Made by a program: the position numbers and the translations under genes
Assembly: GCA_965372795.1 (NCBI GenBank)
Contig: CBDVDR010000003.1
Span: forward strand, 160,001 to 224,000
Direction: 5' to 3'
DNA: 64,000 nt
Source of the DNA: an uncultured bacterium
GTDB taxonomy: Bacteria > Zixibacteria > MSB-5A5 > GN15 > FEB-12
Shown: positions 41,500-52,105 of the stretch, one piece after another
How positions within the stretch are numbered: the stretch's first letter is position 1
Layout: each line of letters begins with the position of its first letter
The notes under the pieces: generated by a model
Seen by the model: only the letters and a program-made list of their open reading frames with translations
The model's database searches: none
Told to the model about the DNA's origin: nothing

Positions 41500-41528
41500 A
41501 TTATACCCTGAATTAATGAGCTTGTCAA
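41500..41528 (-). promoter_or_regulatory. Consensus sigma70 promoter of the barrel-cytochrome operon
   Basis: Minus strand reads TTGACA-N17-TATAAT exactly. Confidence 0.85.
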
Positions 41529-41612
41529 GAGAGTAATTTAATTATTGATCATTTTTTAAATTTAAAAAATTAGAATGATTTTGGAATAAATTGTTTGTGA
41601 GAAAATATTAAT

Positions 41613-41693
41613 AAAAAAACCCAAGTAGGAAGAAACCTACTTGGGTGGACGATATTAGGTAATCCACAGAAAGAGTAACACTTTCCGATTGCA
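41613..41693 (-). ncRNA. Candidate small RNA of about 80 nt
   Basis: Minus-strand TTGACA-N16-TATTTT (41726-41699), two short hairpins, then an 11-bp terminator stem with a U-tract; no ORF. Confidence 0.45.
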
Positions 41694-41877
41694 CTTTTAA
41701 AATAATAGAATTGTAAATTTTGTCAAGAGAAAAATTTGTAATATTCTCAGATATTAATCAGTGATAGCAGGTAAAGAATTAATACAATAGGTAGTTGCAG
41801 AAAGTAGCATGGACTAATATGGTCGCTGAATAGGACTATGACATAAAACCGCAGCAATTTCAAATAAAAGGGAAAGA

Positions 41878-41886
41878 TTATCCACA
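41878..41886 (+). promoter_or_regulatory. DnaA box
   Basis: Perfect TTATCCACA; 1-mismatch copies at 41660 (+) and 42231 (-). Confidence 0.5.
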
Positions 41887-42145
41887 CTTATGTGGGAAAA
41901 TTGTTGAAAGATTGTTTATACGTTCGTAAGTATGTGTCGTGCAAAGACTAACGTATGAGTGAGATATTGAAATAAAATGTTCAAGTAGGCATTAATTATC
42001 ATGTCCCCGTAAGGTGGTGTATTGCAACGAAGTATAGGTACTATGTTTATAATTATTATTGAATGTGAACTTCATATTAATATCATGAATTGTAAAAAAC
42101 CTCTATGGTTTTGATTTCCAATCAAATAGGGAATATAAATAAATA

Positions 42146-42192
42146 ACACAATTTTTAGTAGTTGGGTTAACTACAGATACAATATATTGTAC
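42146..42192 (+). promoter_or_regulatory. Tandem NrdR boxes
   Basis: ACACAATTTTTAGTAG (42146) and ATACAATATATTGTAC (42177), 31 bp apart, upstream of nrdJ. Confidence 0.8.
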
Positions 42193-42334
42193 CTCTGAAT
42201 TAGGGCTACATGGCGGAGGAGACCTAGAGTTATGGATAAATGCGTGGTAAATATAAACTCTGAAATAATAATTAAAAGCCTGAAAAATGGATTTTGGCTA
42301 TTCAGAGATTTTTTGAAAATACAGGAGGTATAGG

Positions 42335-45300
42335 TTGAGAGTACAACGCTTTTTTACCCATGAGGGCGAATCGCCTTACAGTCGGATAAATTTTACTAAA
42401 AAGTCTTCTGAAATAAAGAATCCTGATGGATCGACAGTTTTTAAGCATGAGAATATTGATGTTCCCGAGCACTGGTCACAGGTTGCAGTAGATATTTTAG
42501 CACAAAAATATTTTAGAAGAGCGGGTGTTCCTCAAACTGATAAAAAGGGTAAGCCGGTTGTCGATGAAAACGGTAATCAGGTTTTGGGTAGTGAATCTGA
42601 TGCTCGTCAGGTATTTGATCGTATGGCAGGTTGCTGGCGTTATTGGGGTGAAACACATAGTTACTTTGATACTAAGGAAGACGCCCAAATATTCTATGAT
42701 GAATTGTCACATATGCTGGCAGCTCAGATAGCTGCACCTAATTCTCCTCAATGGTTTAACACCGGTCTTCATCGCTCTTACAATATTACAGGTGTTGCAA
42801 ATGGTCATTATTATGTTGATCCTAAGACACACGAGTTAACTCAAGCCACTAATGCTTATGAACATCCTCAGCCACATGCTTGTTTTATACAATCTGTTTC
42901 CGATGATCTCGTTAACGAAGGCGGGATAATGGATTTATGGGTTCGGGAAGCAAGGTTGTTTAAGTATGGTTCCGGAACGGGCAGTAATTTTTCAAAAATC
43001 CGTGGTGGCGGTGAATCTTTATCGGGTGGCGGTAATTCTTCCGGTCTGATGTCATTTTTAAAAATTGGAGATCGGGCAGCGGGGGCGATAAAATCAGGCG
43101 GTACTACCAGGCGAGCGGCAAAGATGGTTTGTTTGGATATTGATCATCCTGATATTGAAGAATTTATTGCCTGGAAAGTGATTGAGGAACAAAAGGTTGC
43201 GGCCTTGGTAACCGGTTCAAAAATAATCAAATTACAGTTAAAAGAAATTTTAAGTTCAATAAAGATTACCAGTGACAATGGTAATTCTATTGTTGAAGTT
43301 GATCCTAAGAAAAATAAGAAATTAAACGAAGCTCTCAAAGTTGCTCGGCGTCTTTGTGTTCCTCAACCGTATATTAAAAAGATTCTGGAATTTGCATCCC
43401 AGGGATTTACCAATATCGATTTTATTGATCTCGATACTAACTGGGAAAGTGATGCTTATATGACGGTATCGGGTCAGAACTCAAATAATTCGATAAGAAT
43501 ACCAAACGAATTTTTTGAACGGCTCAAAGATGGTAAAGACTGGGAATTGTTAAACAGGACTGATGGAAAAGTTTGCAAGACTATTCCTTCATCTGAATTG
43601 TGGGAGAAAATCTGTCATTCTGCGTGGGCCTGTGCTGATCCGGGGGTACAGTATGATACGACAATTAACGAATGGCATACATGTCCTGAAGATGGTCGAA
43701 TCAATGCTTCGAATCCCTGTTCGGAATATATGTTTCTTGATGATACGGCCTGTAATTTAGCTTCGATCAATTTGGTTAAGTTTTTAAAAGATGATGGTAC
43801 TTTTGATATCAAAGGTTATCGTCATGCAATCAATTTGTGGACCATTGTCCTTGAGATATCAGTTTTGATGGCTTCATATCCTTCAAAACCGGTAGCTCAA
43901 AAAAGTTTTGAATATCGAACTTTGGGTTTAGGTTTTGCAAACTTAGGCACTCTATTGATGCAGATGGGAATTCCTTATTCATCTCAGGAAGGTTATGCCT
44001 GGTGTGGCGTTTTGAGCGGAATTCTTACGGGACAAGCTTATCTGACTTCTGCTGAAATGGCAAAAGAGCAGGGACCTTTCCCCGGATTTTATCGCAACCG
44101 TGAACATATGTTACGGGTAGTCAGGAATCATCGCCGGGCTTCTTATAATACAGATAAGTCGGAATATGAAGAACTGACCGTAAAACCAACGGGTATTAAT
44201 CCCAATTACCTTCCGGAGGATATTGTAAAATCTGCCCGTTCGGCCTGGGATGAAGCATTGGAAATGGGTGAAATTTACGGTTACCGTAATGCTCAGTCGA
44301 CCGTTGTTGCTCCGACCGGAACAATCGGTTTGGTAATGGATTGTGATACAACCGGTATTGAGCCAGATTTTGCTTTGGTCAAATTTAAAAAACTTGCCGG
44401 CGGCGGTTATTTCAAAATTATAAACAATTCTGTTCCGATAGCTTTGGAAAAGATGGGCTATGATGATGAACAGGTTGAAGAAATAATTCTATATGCTACC
44501 GGGCATAAAACTTTGAAGCAGGCACCGTTTATCAATCATGAATCTCTGAAAGCAAAAGGTTTTGGTGATGAAGAACTTGAAAAGATAGAAGAAAGTCTTG
44601 GAAGTGTATTTGATGTATCATTTGCTTTTAACAAATTCAATCTTGGTGAAGAGTTTTTAAAAGATACACTTGGTTTTTCTGATGAAATTATAAATGACTG
44701 GGACTTTAATTTATTAAAGGAACTCGGTTTTACCAAGGAACAGATTGAGGCTGCCAATGAGTATTGTTGTGGAACGATGACCATCGAAGGGGCTCCTCAT
44801 ATAAACGAAAAACATCTGGCTGTTTTTGACTGTGCCAACAGGTGTGGTAAGATCGGTCAAAGATTTATTAAATTTGAAGCTCATATTCGAATGATGGCTG
44901 CCTCTCAATCATTTATTTCCGGAGCAATTTCAAAAACTATTAATATGCCGGCGGAAGCATCTATTGACGATGTTAAAAAGGCTTACCGTATGTCCTGGGA
45001 GGGCATGACTAAAGCGATAGCTTTGTATCGTGATGGTTCGAAATTGAGCCAGCCGCTTAATGCATCATTAATTGATGATGATGATGTTGACGATATTGAC
45101 GATATCATGACCGTTGAGAAAACAGCGGAAGCGATGGCTAAGAAAGTAATTTATCGTTACATCGCCAAACGCCGCAAACTTCCGAATCGTCGCGCCGGGT
45201 ATACTCAGAAAGCAGTGGTTGGCGGACATAAATTGTATTTGCGCACCGGTGATTATTCTGATGGAACGATTGGTGAAATTTTCCTTGATATGCATCGGGA

Positions 45301-46063
45301 AGGAGCAGCCTTCCGTTCACTTATGAATGCTTTTGCAATTGCAATATCTCTTGGACTTCAGCACGGCGTACCGCTTGAAGAATATGTTGATGCATTTTTA
45401 TTCAGCCGTTTTGAACCTAACGGAATGGTAAACGGCAACAAATCGATTAAAATGGCAACTTCTATTATTGATTATATTTTCCGTGAACTGGCGATAACCT
45501 ATCTTGGCCGTACTGATCTGGCTCATGTAAGTGAGGAAGATTTACGGGGAGATACGCTGGGTGAACCGTCAGAAGAATCGATGGAATTCGAAACGGAAGA
45601 ACCGGCAACGGCACAAGTAACGGGACAGGTTACAACCGGAAGCCGTAAAATGGAAAATACTCATGCCGGAAGATTAAAACAGGATTCAAATATTGCCGGC
45701 CCAAAGCATGTGGGTCGTAATGGTAACGGCAATGGCAATGGTAATGGAAGCAGCAACCGTTTAAAAATTAAAGATGTATCAGGGAGACAAGAACATACAG
45801 GAGGTAACGGTCATGGTCAGTCGATGGAGAATCAGACTTCAGATGGGAAAACTCAAGAAGCAACGGCGGTGCTTGAGTATGTCGCCCAGCCAACTGAAGG
45901 AAGTACAGAAAAAACAACTGAGCAAATTGCAAGCGAAATCCGAACCGCAAGGATGAAGGGTTACGAAGGTGATATGTGTGGTGAATGCGGACAATTCACG
46001 ATGGTGCGTAACGGCACCTGCTTGAAATGTATTACTTGTGGTTCGACCAGCGGTTGCAGTTAA
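42335..46063 (+). CDS. nrdJ: Class II (adenosylcobalamin-dependent) ribonucleotide reductase with C-terminal TSCPD-like and Zn-finger parts
   Basis: [35 protein letters not shown] and C-terminal CGEC...CITCG; TTG start with GGAGG RBS. Confidence 0.97.
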   Translation: MRVQRFFTHEGESPYSRINFTKKSSEIKNPDGSTVFKHENIDVPEHWSQVAVDILAQKYFRRAGVPQTDKKGKPVVDENGNQVLGSESDARQVFDRMAGCWRYWGETHSYFDTKEDAQIFYDELSHMLAAQIAAPNSPQWFNTGLHRSYNITGVANGHYYVDPKTHELTQATNAYEHPQPHACFIQSVSDDLVNEGGIMDLWVREARLFKYGSGTGSNFSKIRGGGESLSGGGNSSGLMSFLKIGDRAAGAIKSGGTTRRAAKMVCLDIDHPDIEEFIAWKVIEEQKVAALVTGSKIIKLQLKEILSSIKITSDNGNSIVEVDPKKNKKLNEALKVARRLCVPQPYIKKILEFASQGFTNIDFIDLDTNWESDAYMTVSGQNSNNSIRIPNEFFERLKDGKDWELLNRTDGKVCKTIPSSELWEKICHSAWACADPGVQYDTTINEWHTCPEDGRINASNPCSEYMFLDDTACNLASINLVKFLKDDGTFDIKGYRHAINLWTIVLEISVLMASYPSKPVAQKSFEYRTLGLGFANLGTLLMQMGIPYSSQEGYAWCGVLSGILTGQAYLTSAEMAKEQGPFPGFYRNREHMLRVVRNHRRASYNTDKSEYEELTVKPTGINPNYLPEDIVKSARSAWDEALEMGEIYGYRNAQSTVVAPTGTIGLVMDCDTTGIEPDFALVKFKKLAGGGYFKIINNSVPIALEKMGYDDEQVEEIILYATGHKTLKQAPFINHESLKAKGFGDEELEKIEESLGSVFDVSFAFNKFNLGEEFLKDTLGFSDEIINDWDFNLLKELGFTKEQIEAANEYCCGTMTIEGAPHINEKHLAVFDCANRCGKIGQRFIKFEAHIRMMAASQSFISGAISKTINMPAEASIDDVKKAYRMSWEGMTKAIALYRDGSKLSQPLNASLIDDDDVDDIDDIMTVEKTAEAMAKKVIYRYIAKRRKLPNRRAGYTQKAVVGGHKLYLRTGDYSDGTIGEIFLDMHREGAAFRSLMNAFAIAISLGLQHGVPLEEYVDAFLFSRFEPNGMVNGNKSIKMATSIIDYIFRELAITYLGRTDLAHVSEEDLRGDTLGEPSEESMEFETEEPATAQVTGQVTTGSRKMENTHAGRLKQDSNIAGPKHVGRNGNGNGNGNGSSNRLKIKDVSGRQEHTGGNGHGQSMENQTSDGKTQEATAVLEYVAQPTEGSTEKTTEQIASEIRTARMKGYEGDMCGECGQFTMVRNGTCLKCITCGSTSGCS

Positions 46064-46089
46064 AGAATTTTACAGCTGCTTGATTTATT

Positions 46090-46120
46090 AAACCGGTTAG
46101 AGTTTCTCTGACCGGTTTTT
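46090..46120 (+). terminator. Intrinsic terminator after nrdJ
   Basis: AAACCGGTTAGAG-TTT-CTCTGACCGGTTTTT. Confidence 0.85.
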
Positions 46121-46174
46121 ATTTTATCAATTGATTTCTCTTGTAAAGAAAATAATTTCCAATACTATATTAGT

Positions 46175-47665
46175 ATGAAACAGTTTGTTAAAACGGATGT
46201 ATTTTCAAAGTTTCTTCTTTTTTTTATAGCGGCAAACAGTATAGCCTTGCTTCTCTCCGGATTAAGGCTGCTCTGGTTTAATAAGTCGGGTCTGCCGTTT
46301 GAATATGAACTATTGAATATTTTTATTGATCAGTTTGCTTTTGATGGTTCGGTCTTGTCGTGGCATCTATATCTTGCCAAAATAATTATAATTCTAACTT
46401 TAATCTATTTAATTTTGTTTTCTTATAATGCTTATCATAGTGATAATAATAAATTTGAAGAAAAGTTTTTTTGGAATTCAGGTTTATCAATTACAGGCTT
46501 ATTTTCAATTATTAGCGGGGCAGCAATTTATTCCGGCTTGGCAAATAGCAGTCTTTTTTTAAAGCTTCATACGATTCTTGCAATAACCTTTTCAATTTTG
46601 CTTATCGTGACATTGGTAATAAATTTATTGAATTATATAAAGTTCAGCTTTCTAAAGGATCACATACAGATTTTAGAAAAAACTGGAAAATATCTTGTAT
46701 GGACAATTATATTTTCTACCTCAATTATATTATTGTTAGCAGGGAAAATGATTTTTATGACCGAACCGGTATTGGTTTGTTCGCACCAGAATCGTTCGGT
46801 TGTGATTGATGGCCGAGAGAATGATATTGAATGGATGGCTGTTGATGAAGTATCCTTAAAATTATCAAATGGGGCGAATTTTGAAGCTGGACAGACTGAG
46901 GTTCGTATAAAGTCATTTCATAATAGTCATTTTATTTATTTTTTGGTGAAATGGGATGATCCGACCCGTTCGTTTAACAGGCATCTTGAAAAAACGAAAG
47001 TTGGCTGGAAAGAAATTAAAACAGAACCAAACCCTATTGGGGGCGAGACGGTTTATTATGAGGATATGATGGCACTTTCGTTTCATAAGCAAAACCGAAG
47101 CTGTCAACAAAGCTGTCATTTAAATACTAATTCCCCGGTTGGTAATCATATTTACAATGAGGATTTTGCAGATTTATGGTTATGGAAATCGATCAGCACA
47201 AATCCGGTTGATCAGGCAGAAGATGGTTGGTGGGGGGTGGATGCGATTGATTCTATCTCTAACAAACGACAAACTGACAATAAAGCCGGCGGGGGATATA
47301 GCAGTAATTTGAATACTCAATGGTATCAGCCGTATTTTCTACCGGGGAATTATACGATGAAAAATTGGATAGACCTGAGATCGGATCAGGCAATTTTATA
47401 TTATCCGGAGCTGGATAATTATTTGAGAGGAGATAAAATCCCGGCAATGGTTGTGGCGCCGGCGATGGGGGATGTTGCCGATGTACGTGCGGTTGGAAGA
47501 TGGCGCGGAGGAGAATGGACGGTTGAAATTTCAAGAGTCAGAACAACGGGTTCAAACAAAGATATCAGTTTTGTTGAAACAATAAATATCGGAATTTCTG
47601 TTTTTGATAATGCTGAGAAGAAACATGCCTATCATTTTCAACCGGTAAAGTTAATTATAGAATAA
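46175..47665 (+). CDS. Membrane protein with His-bearing TM region and ethylbenzene-dehydrogenase-gamma/DOMON-like heme-binding domain
   Basis: About 5 TM helices, then IDG...EW, IYFLVKWDDPT, YED.MA, DLWLWK and GEWTVEISR; CQQSCH motif. Confidence 0.65.
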   Translation: MKQFVKTDVFSKFLLFFIAANSIALLLSGLRLLWFNKSGLPFEYELLNIFIDQFAFDGSVLSWHLYLAKIIIILTLIYLILFSYNAYHSDNNKFEEKFFWNSGLSITGLFSIISGAAIYSGLANSSLFLKLHTILAITFSILLIVTLVINLLNYIKFSFLKDHIQILEKTGKYLVWTIIFSTSIILLLAGKMIFMTEPVLVCSHQNRSVVIDGRENDIEWMAVDEVSLKLSNGANFEAGQTEVRIKSFHNSHFIYFLVKWDDPTRSFNRHLEKTKVGWKEIKTEPNPIGGETVYYEDMMALSFHKQNRSCQQSCHLNTNSPVGNHIYNEDFADLWLWKSISTNPVDQAEDGWWGVDAIDSISNKRQTDNKAGGGYSSNLNTQWYQPYFLPGNYTMKNWIDLRSDQAILYYPELDNYLRGDKIPAMVVAPAMGDVADVRAVGRWRGGEWTVEISRVRTTGSNKDISFVETINIGISVFDNAEKKHAYHFQPVKLIIE

Positions 47666-47673
47666 GACTGATA

Positions 47674-48231
47674 TTAAAAGACAACTCTCATTATTGGACG
47701 TTTGGGTGAGTTGCGGGCAACTTCTTTGAATCCGGCTTTTTCATAGGACGAAACCAATCCCATCCAGACAAACGGGTCGGGCAGATCAAGACCGGGATCA
47801 AAGGGGTAACCCTCGACAATTTTAGCTTTGTTTTTTTTAGCAAATTTTAAGGATGCATTTAATAAATCAACAGCAACACCTTGCCGGCGATAACCTTTGG
47901 CAATAAACAGACAGGCAACCGACCAGACCGGTTGGTCATCAATTGATTTTAAGGTGGGAGCCTTTTCCATTCGTGGGAAAACTTCACGAGGTCCAAAAGA
48001 AATCCATCCTATTGGAGTACCTTTGTCATAAGCAAGTAATCCGGGAATTTGACCTGATTTCACAATATTTTTTATCAGCTTTTTATTGCCGCTGCCTTTG
48101 TTGGAATCAAATTCAGATTTCATCAAACGCCATGACATACACCAGCATCCTCCGCAGGCGCCTTTTTCTCCGAACAGTATTTCAAAATCTGTCCATTGTT
48201 CAATAGTCAGAGGTTTGTAATTAAACCGCAT
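47674..48231 (-). CDS. GNAT family N-acetyltransferase
   Basis: GCWCM.WR, CLFI...YRRQG, EGYP and YEKAGF. Confidence 0.88.
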   Translation of the reverse strand: MRFNYKPLTIEQWTDFEILFGEKGACGGCWCMSWRLMKSEFDSNKGSGNKKLIKNIVKSGQIPGLLAYDKGTPIGWISFGPREVFPRMEKAPTLKSIDDQPVWSVACLFIAKGYRRQGVAVDLLNASLKFAKKNKAKIVEGYPFDPGLDLPDPFVWMGLVSSYEKAGFKEVARNSPKRPIMRVVF

Positions 48232-48393
48232 AAGAATCCTTCTATTATGATATCAATCAATACTATTGTAATAAAAATAGTATTATTATGCATCACATTA
48301 TTGAAGTAAATGATGTTAATTGTAACGCAGGAAACATTAACTGCTTTCATATTATGGACTTGACTATCTAATGCTTTGATGTCTATTTTGAGG

Positions 48394-48420
48394 TGAAACA
48401 ATTATTAAGTCATCTCGTAA
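48394..48420 (+). promoter_or_regulatory. ECF (SigW-like) promoter
   Basis: TGAAAC-N16-CGTAA about 45 nt upstream of the MFP start. Confidence 0.6.
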
Positions 48421-48463
48421 TACATATCAACTGTCAAATCATGTGGGATTAGGAGTAGGTACG

Positions 48464-49561
48464 ATGTTTAAAAAAATAGCTATCATAAGTTTTCTTGTAG
48501 TTATCGTGGCGGCTGTTCTGTTTTTTGCTATAGATGGGTCAGCAAAAAAGGATGAAGAGTATAAAACTGTTAAGGTTGAAAAAGGTTCAATTATCGATAA
48601 AGCCCTTGCGGTTGGTGAAATAGAGCCGAAACTTGAGGTTGAAGTAAAGTCAAAAATATCCGGCATTGTAAGAACAATGTTTATTGATATTGGTGACAAA
48701 GTAAAAAAAGGTGATCCGTTATTGGATGTAGCTCCTGATCCAACTCCGATAGAATATGCTGAGGCAAAACGTCAGGTTGAAATTCAACAGGTTACTTATA
48801 AGAATGTGAAGATCGAATATGATCGCGTAAAACAGTTGCGTGATAAACAGCTTATTTCAAATCAGGAATATGACAGTAAGAAAGCTTTAATGGATGAAGC
48901 CAAGTTGCGGTTGGCTCTTTCAAAAGAAAAACTATCATTAATTGAGTCCGGTAAATCAAACATTGCTGATCGGCAGGTTGATAACATTATTCGTTCACCT
49001 ATAGATGGTACGGTATTATCGAGAATGGTTGAAGAAGGTGATCCGGTAGTTCCTTTAACTTCCTATCAGGCTGGAACAAGTTTAATGACTTTGGCTAAGA
49101 TGGGTAATCTGGTTTTTAAGGGTAATGTTGATGAAATTGATGTTGGTAAACTGATTGAAGGGATGGAAGTGGAGATAGAAATCGGGGCTCTTCCAAATGA
49201 AAAAATTATCGGAACACTTGTAAAAATATCTCCTAAGGCTCATCGTGAAGAAGGGTCAACTGTTTTTGAAGTTGAAATTAGTTTAGACAGTATGGCCGAA
49301 GGTCAGTATCTTCGCGCCGGTTACAGTGCTAATGCTGATATTATAATTAACAAAAAAGAAGATATTCTTTTGATTCCAGAACGATTGTTAACAATCACAG
49401 ATTCTGTAACGACGGTTGAGATTGAAGATTCGTTGAGTTTTGTTACAGTACGAGAAGTAAAGACCGGCTTGTCTGATGGAATAAAAATTGAAGTGATTGA
49501 GGGTCTTTCTGATGGTGAATTGCTGGTGGAACGTCCACCGCGAGAAATAACAGCTGATTAA
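48464..49561 (+). CDS. Efflux membrane fusion protein (MacA-like)
   Basis: N-terminal TM, lipoyl halves (GDKVKKGD, IRSPIDG) and alpha-hairpin; ATG 48464 with AGGAG RBS. Confidence 0.92.
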   Translation: MFKKIAIISFLVVIVAAVLFFAIDGSAKKDEEYKTVKVEKGSIIDKALAVGEIEPKLEVEVKSKISGIVRTMFIDIGDKVKKGDPLLDVAPDPTPIEYAEAKRQVEIQQVTYKNVKIEYDRVKQLRDKQLISNQEYDSKKALMDEAKLRLALSKEKLSLIESGKSNIADRQVDNIIRSPIDGTVLSRMVEEGDPVVPLTSYQAGTSLMTLAKMGNLVFKGNVDEIDVGKLIEGMEVEIEIGALPNEKIIGTLVKISPKAHREEGSTVFEVEISLDSMAEGQYLRAGYSANADIIINKKEDILLIPERLLTITDSVTTVEIEDSLSFVTVREVKTGLSDGIKIEVIEGLSDGELLVERPPREITAD

Positions 49562-49582
49562 TCTTACCGGAGTTAAACTATA

Positions 49583-50818
49583 ATGATTCCACTTCTATCT
49601 GTTAAACAATTTTTAAATGATCTTCGCCGTCAGAAGCTGAGAACCTTGATGACAACCTTTGGAATTTTCTGGGGGACTTGTGCAATTGTGTTGTTGTTTG
49701 CTTTTGGTAACGGGATAAGCGAGGCTCAGTTAAAATCTCAAAAAGGGATGGGCGAAAATATTGCGATTATCTGGCCCGGAATAACATCAAAAGAGTTTAA
49801 AGGTCTTCCACGCGGGCGAAGGATCAGGATGACCGAGAATGATGTTGTCATGTTAAAAAATACATCTCAAACTATCGGACGGATTTCGCCGGAATATTCC
49901 AGATGGAATGTTAATTTTAAGTTTGAACAAAATGTAATCAAGGAGAACGTTGTGGGAATCTGGCCCGAGTTCGGAGATATGCGAAATCTGATTGCGGACT
50001 ATGGCTCAAGATTTATCAATGACCGGGATATGAAAGAGAAGCGACGAGTTATATTTTTGGGAGACCTGTTAAAGAAGGATCTTTTTGGATCAAAAGAGGC
50101 GGTTGGAGAAAGAGTATTACTTAATAATGTTCCCTTTAAAGTTGTTGGGATATTAAAGACAAAAAAGCAGGACAGTTCCTACAACGGACGTGATGCCCGT
50201 AAAGGTTTCATCCCCTCATCAACTTTCAAGGCGATGTTTTCTCAGCGTTTTTTAAACGATGTTGTTATGCAGCCGGCTGAAAAAGTTTCTATGGAACTGG
50301 CAAAAGACGATATATATAAATTATTAGGGAGTAAATATCGTTTTGATCCTACCGATAAAGAAGCCTTATCAATTTGGGATACATCGGAGGGCTTTAGATT
50401 TTTAAGCACCTTTTTTACAGCGTTCAGATATTTCTTAGTTGGGATCGGAATCGCCACATTGATTACCGGTGGAATCGGAGTCTCCAATATAATGAATGTT
50501 GTCTTAGAAGAGCGCACCAAAGAGATCGGCATCAAAATGGCTCTTGGAGCCAGAAAAAGTTTTATTCTGTTTCAATTTGTTTTTGAAACATTAATAATAA
50601 CCGGTGTTGGCGGAATTTTTGGGTATTTGTTTGCCTATGGAATAATTAAAGTATTCCCGCTATTAAACCTGGGTGAATTTGTTGGCGTTCCTACCGTTGA
50701 TGGATATGTTGGGATCACGGTTATTATTTTGCTTGGATTAGTTGGTTTAGCTGCCGGAATATTCCCTGCCCGAAGAGCTGCGAATCTGCAACCGGTGCAA
50801 GCCTTAAAACTATTTTAG
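49583..50818 (+). CDS. MacB/FtsX-like ABC permease 1
   Basis: GGIGVSNIM...ERTKEIGIKMALGA motif. Confidence 0.93.
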   Translation: MIPLLSVKQFLNDLRRQKLRTLMTTFGIFWGTCAIVLLFAFGNGISEAQLKSQKGMGENIAIIWPGITSKEFKGLPRGRRIRMTENDVVMLKNTSQTIGRISPEYSRWNVNFKFEQNVIKENVVGIWPEFGDMRNLIADYGSRFINDRDMKEKRRVIFLGDLLKKDLFGSKEAVGERVLLNNVPFKVVGILKTKKQDSSYNGRDARKGFIPSSTFKAMFSQRFLNDVVMQPAEKVSMELAKDDIYKLLGSKYRFDPTDKEALSIWDTSEGFRFLSTFFTAFRYFLVGIGIATLITGGIGVSNIMNVVLEERTKEIGIKMALGARKSFILFQFVFETLIITGVGGIFGYLFAYGIIKVFPLLNLGEFVGVPTVDGYVGITVIILLGLVGLAAGIFPARRAANLQPVQALKLF

Positions 50819-50827
50819 GAATATTAA

Positions 50828-52075
50828 ATGCGTCTTTCAATAATTTACAATGTTTTTATACGGGATTTTCGAAAACAGAAAAAACGTATTGCGTTGACTC
50901 TGATGGCTCTCGGATGGGGAACGCTTTCAATCATGCTTCTTTTAGGATTCGGCGAAGGGATGCATCGGCAGCTTAGTGTGAATCAGAAAGGCTTGGGTGA
51001 GGGAATAATTGTTTTATGGGGCGGCAGTACTTCCAAAGTATTTAAGGGTCTTGGTAAAGGGCGATCTATTCGTTTTACCGAAAAAGAAGTAGATTATCTT
51101 CGCAAGCGTATGCCTGAATTAAAACATGTCGGTGGAGAATATTCCCGTTGGGGTGTAAGATTGAAATATGGGGATAAAATTGTCAGTGAGCATATAACCG
51201 GTGTTTACCCTAATTACGAACCAATGCGTAATCATATTTCAAAAGCCGGCGGGAGAATGATTAACGCGTTGGATATGAAAAATAAGCGAAGAGTAGTTTT
51301 TCTTGGGTATAGTATTGCTGAAAGGCTTTTTGAAGATGAAGATCCGGTTGGCAAACAGATTTTTATAAATTCTACTCCTTTTACTGTGATTGGCGTTGAG
51401 ATTAAAAAGATGCAAATGGGGATGTATGGCGGACCGGATGAAAATAGAGCTGCAATTCCGGCTACTACTTTTGGGACTGTTTTTGGTTATAGATATTTGA
51501 ATACGATTGTTGTACAGCCAAAATCGATAGATAACGTTGAAGCAATAGAGAAAAGAATTTTTGAAGTTTTTGGAGAAAGATATAAATTTGATCCAACCGA
51601 TGAAAAAGCTCTCGGAGTTTGGAATGTGGTTGAGAATCAACGAGAGATGAATAACATCATGCTCGGTATGAAAATATTTCTTGGGATAATCGGCGGTTTG
51701 ACTTTGTTGATTTCCGGGGTTGGGGTTGCTAATATAATGTATGTTTCTATTAAGGAACGCACTCGTGAAATCGGGGTGAAGATGGCTATGGGTGCAAGGA
51801 GGTCATATATCCTTACTCAGTTTCTGGTGGAAGCTTTGATCATTACTTTCTTTGGGGGATTCGGGGGTATGTCAATAAGTTATATTTTGACGGAAGGCTT
51901 CAAACGATTACCGATTGAGTCAGACGTATTAGAATTTATGGGACGACCAACGATTTCATTTGAGATCGGTTTAATAGTTATTGTGATATTGAGTATAATG
52001 GGAATTCTTTCAGGATTATTCCCGGCTATGAAAGCCGCCTCGGTTAATCCGGTTGAATCATTAAGATACGAATAA
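50828..52075 (+). CDS. MacB/FtsX-like ABC permease 2
   Basis: GVGVANIM...ERTREIGVKMAMGA and PVESLRYE. Confidence 0.93.
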   Translation: MRLSIIYNVFIRDFRKQKKRIALTLMALGWGTLSIMLLLGFGEGMHRQLSVNQKGLGEGIIVLWGGSTSKVFKGLGKGRSIRFTEKEVDYLRKRMPELKHVGGEYSRWGVRLKYGDKIVSEHITGVYPNYEPMRNHISKAGGRMINALDMKNKRRVVFLGYSIAERLFEDEDPVGKQIFINSTPFTVIGVEIKKMQMGMYGGPDENRAAIPATTFGTVFGYRYLNTIVVQPKSIDNVEAIEKRIFEVFGERYKFDPTDEKALGVWNVVENQREMNNIMLGMKIFLGIIGGLTLLISGVGVANIMYVSIKERTREIGVKMAMGARRSYILTQFLVEALIITFFGGFGGMSISYILTEGFKRLPIESDVLEFMGRPTISFEIGLIVIVILSIMGILSGLFPAMKAASVNPVESLRYE

Positions 52076-52105
52076 TTTGAAAGATCTTTTCGGAGAAAAT
52101 AAATA

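Noticed and set aside
41730..42334. Cobalamin riboswitch upstream of nrdJ
   Set aside because: Could not find the B12-box or the conserved core elements by eye.
42335..46063. Intein or intron in nrdJ
   Set aside because: No intein splice motifs or homing-endonuclease motifs were seen. The extra length is explained by insertions and a low-complexity GN-rich linker.
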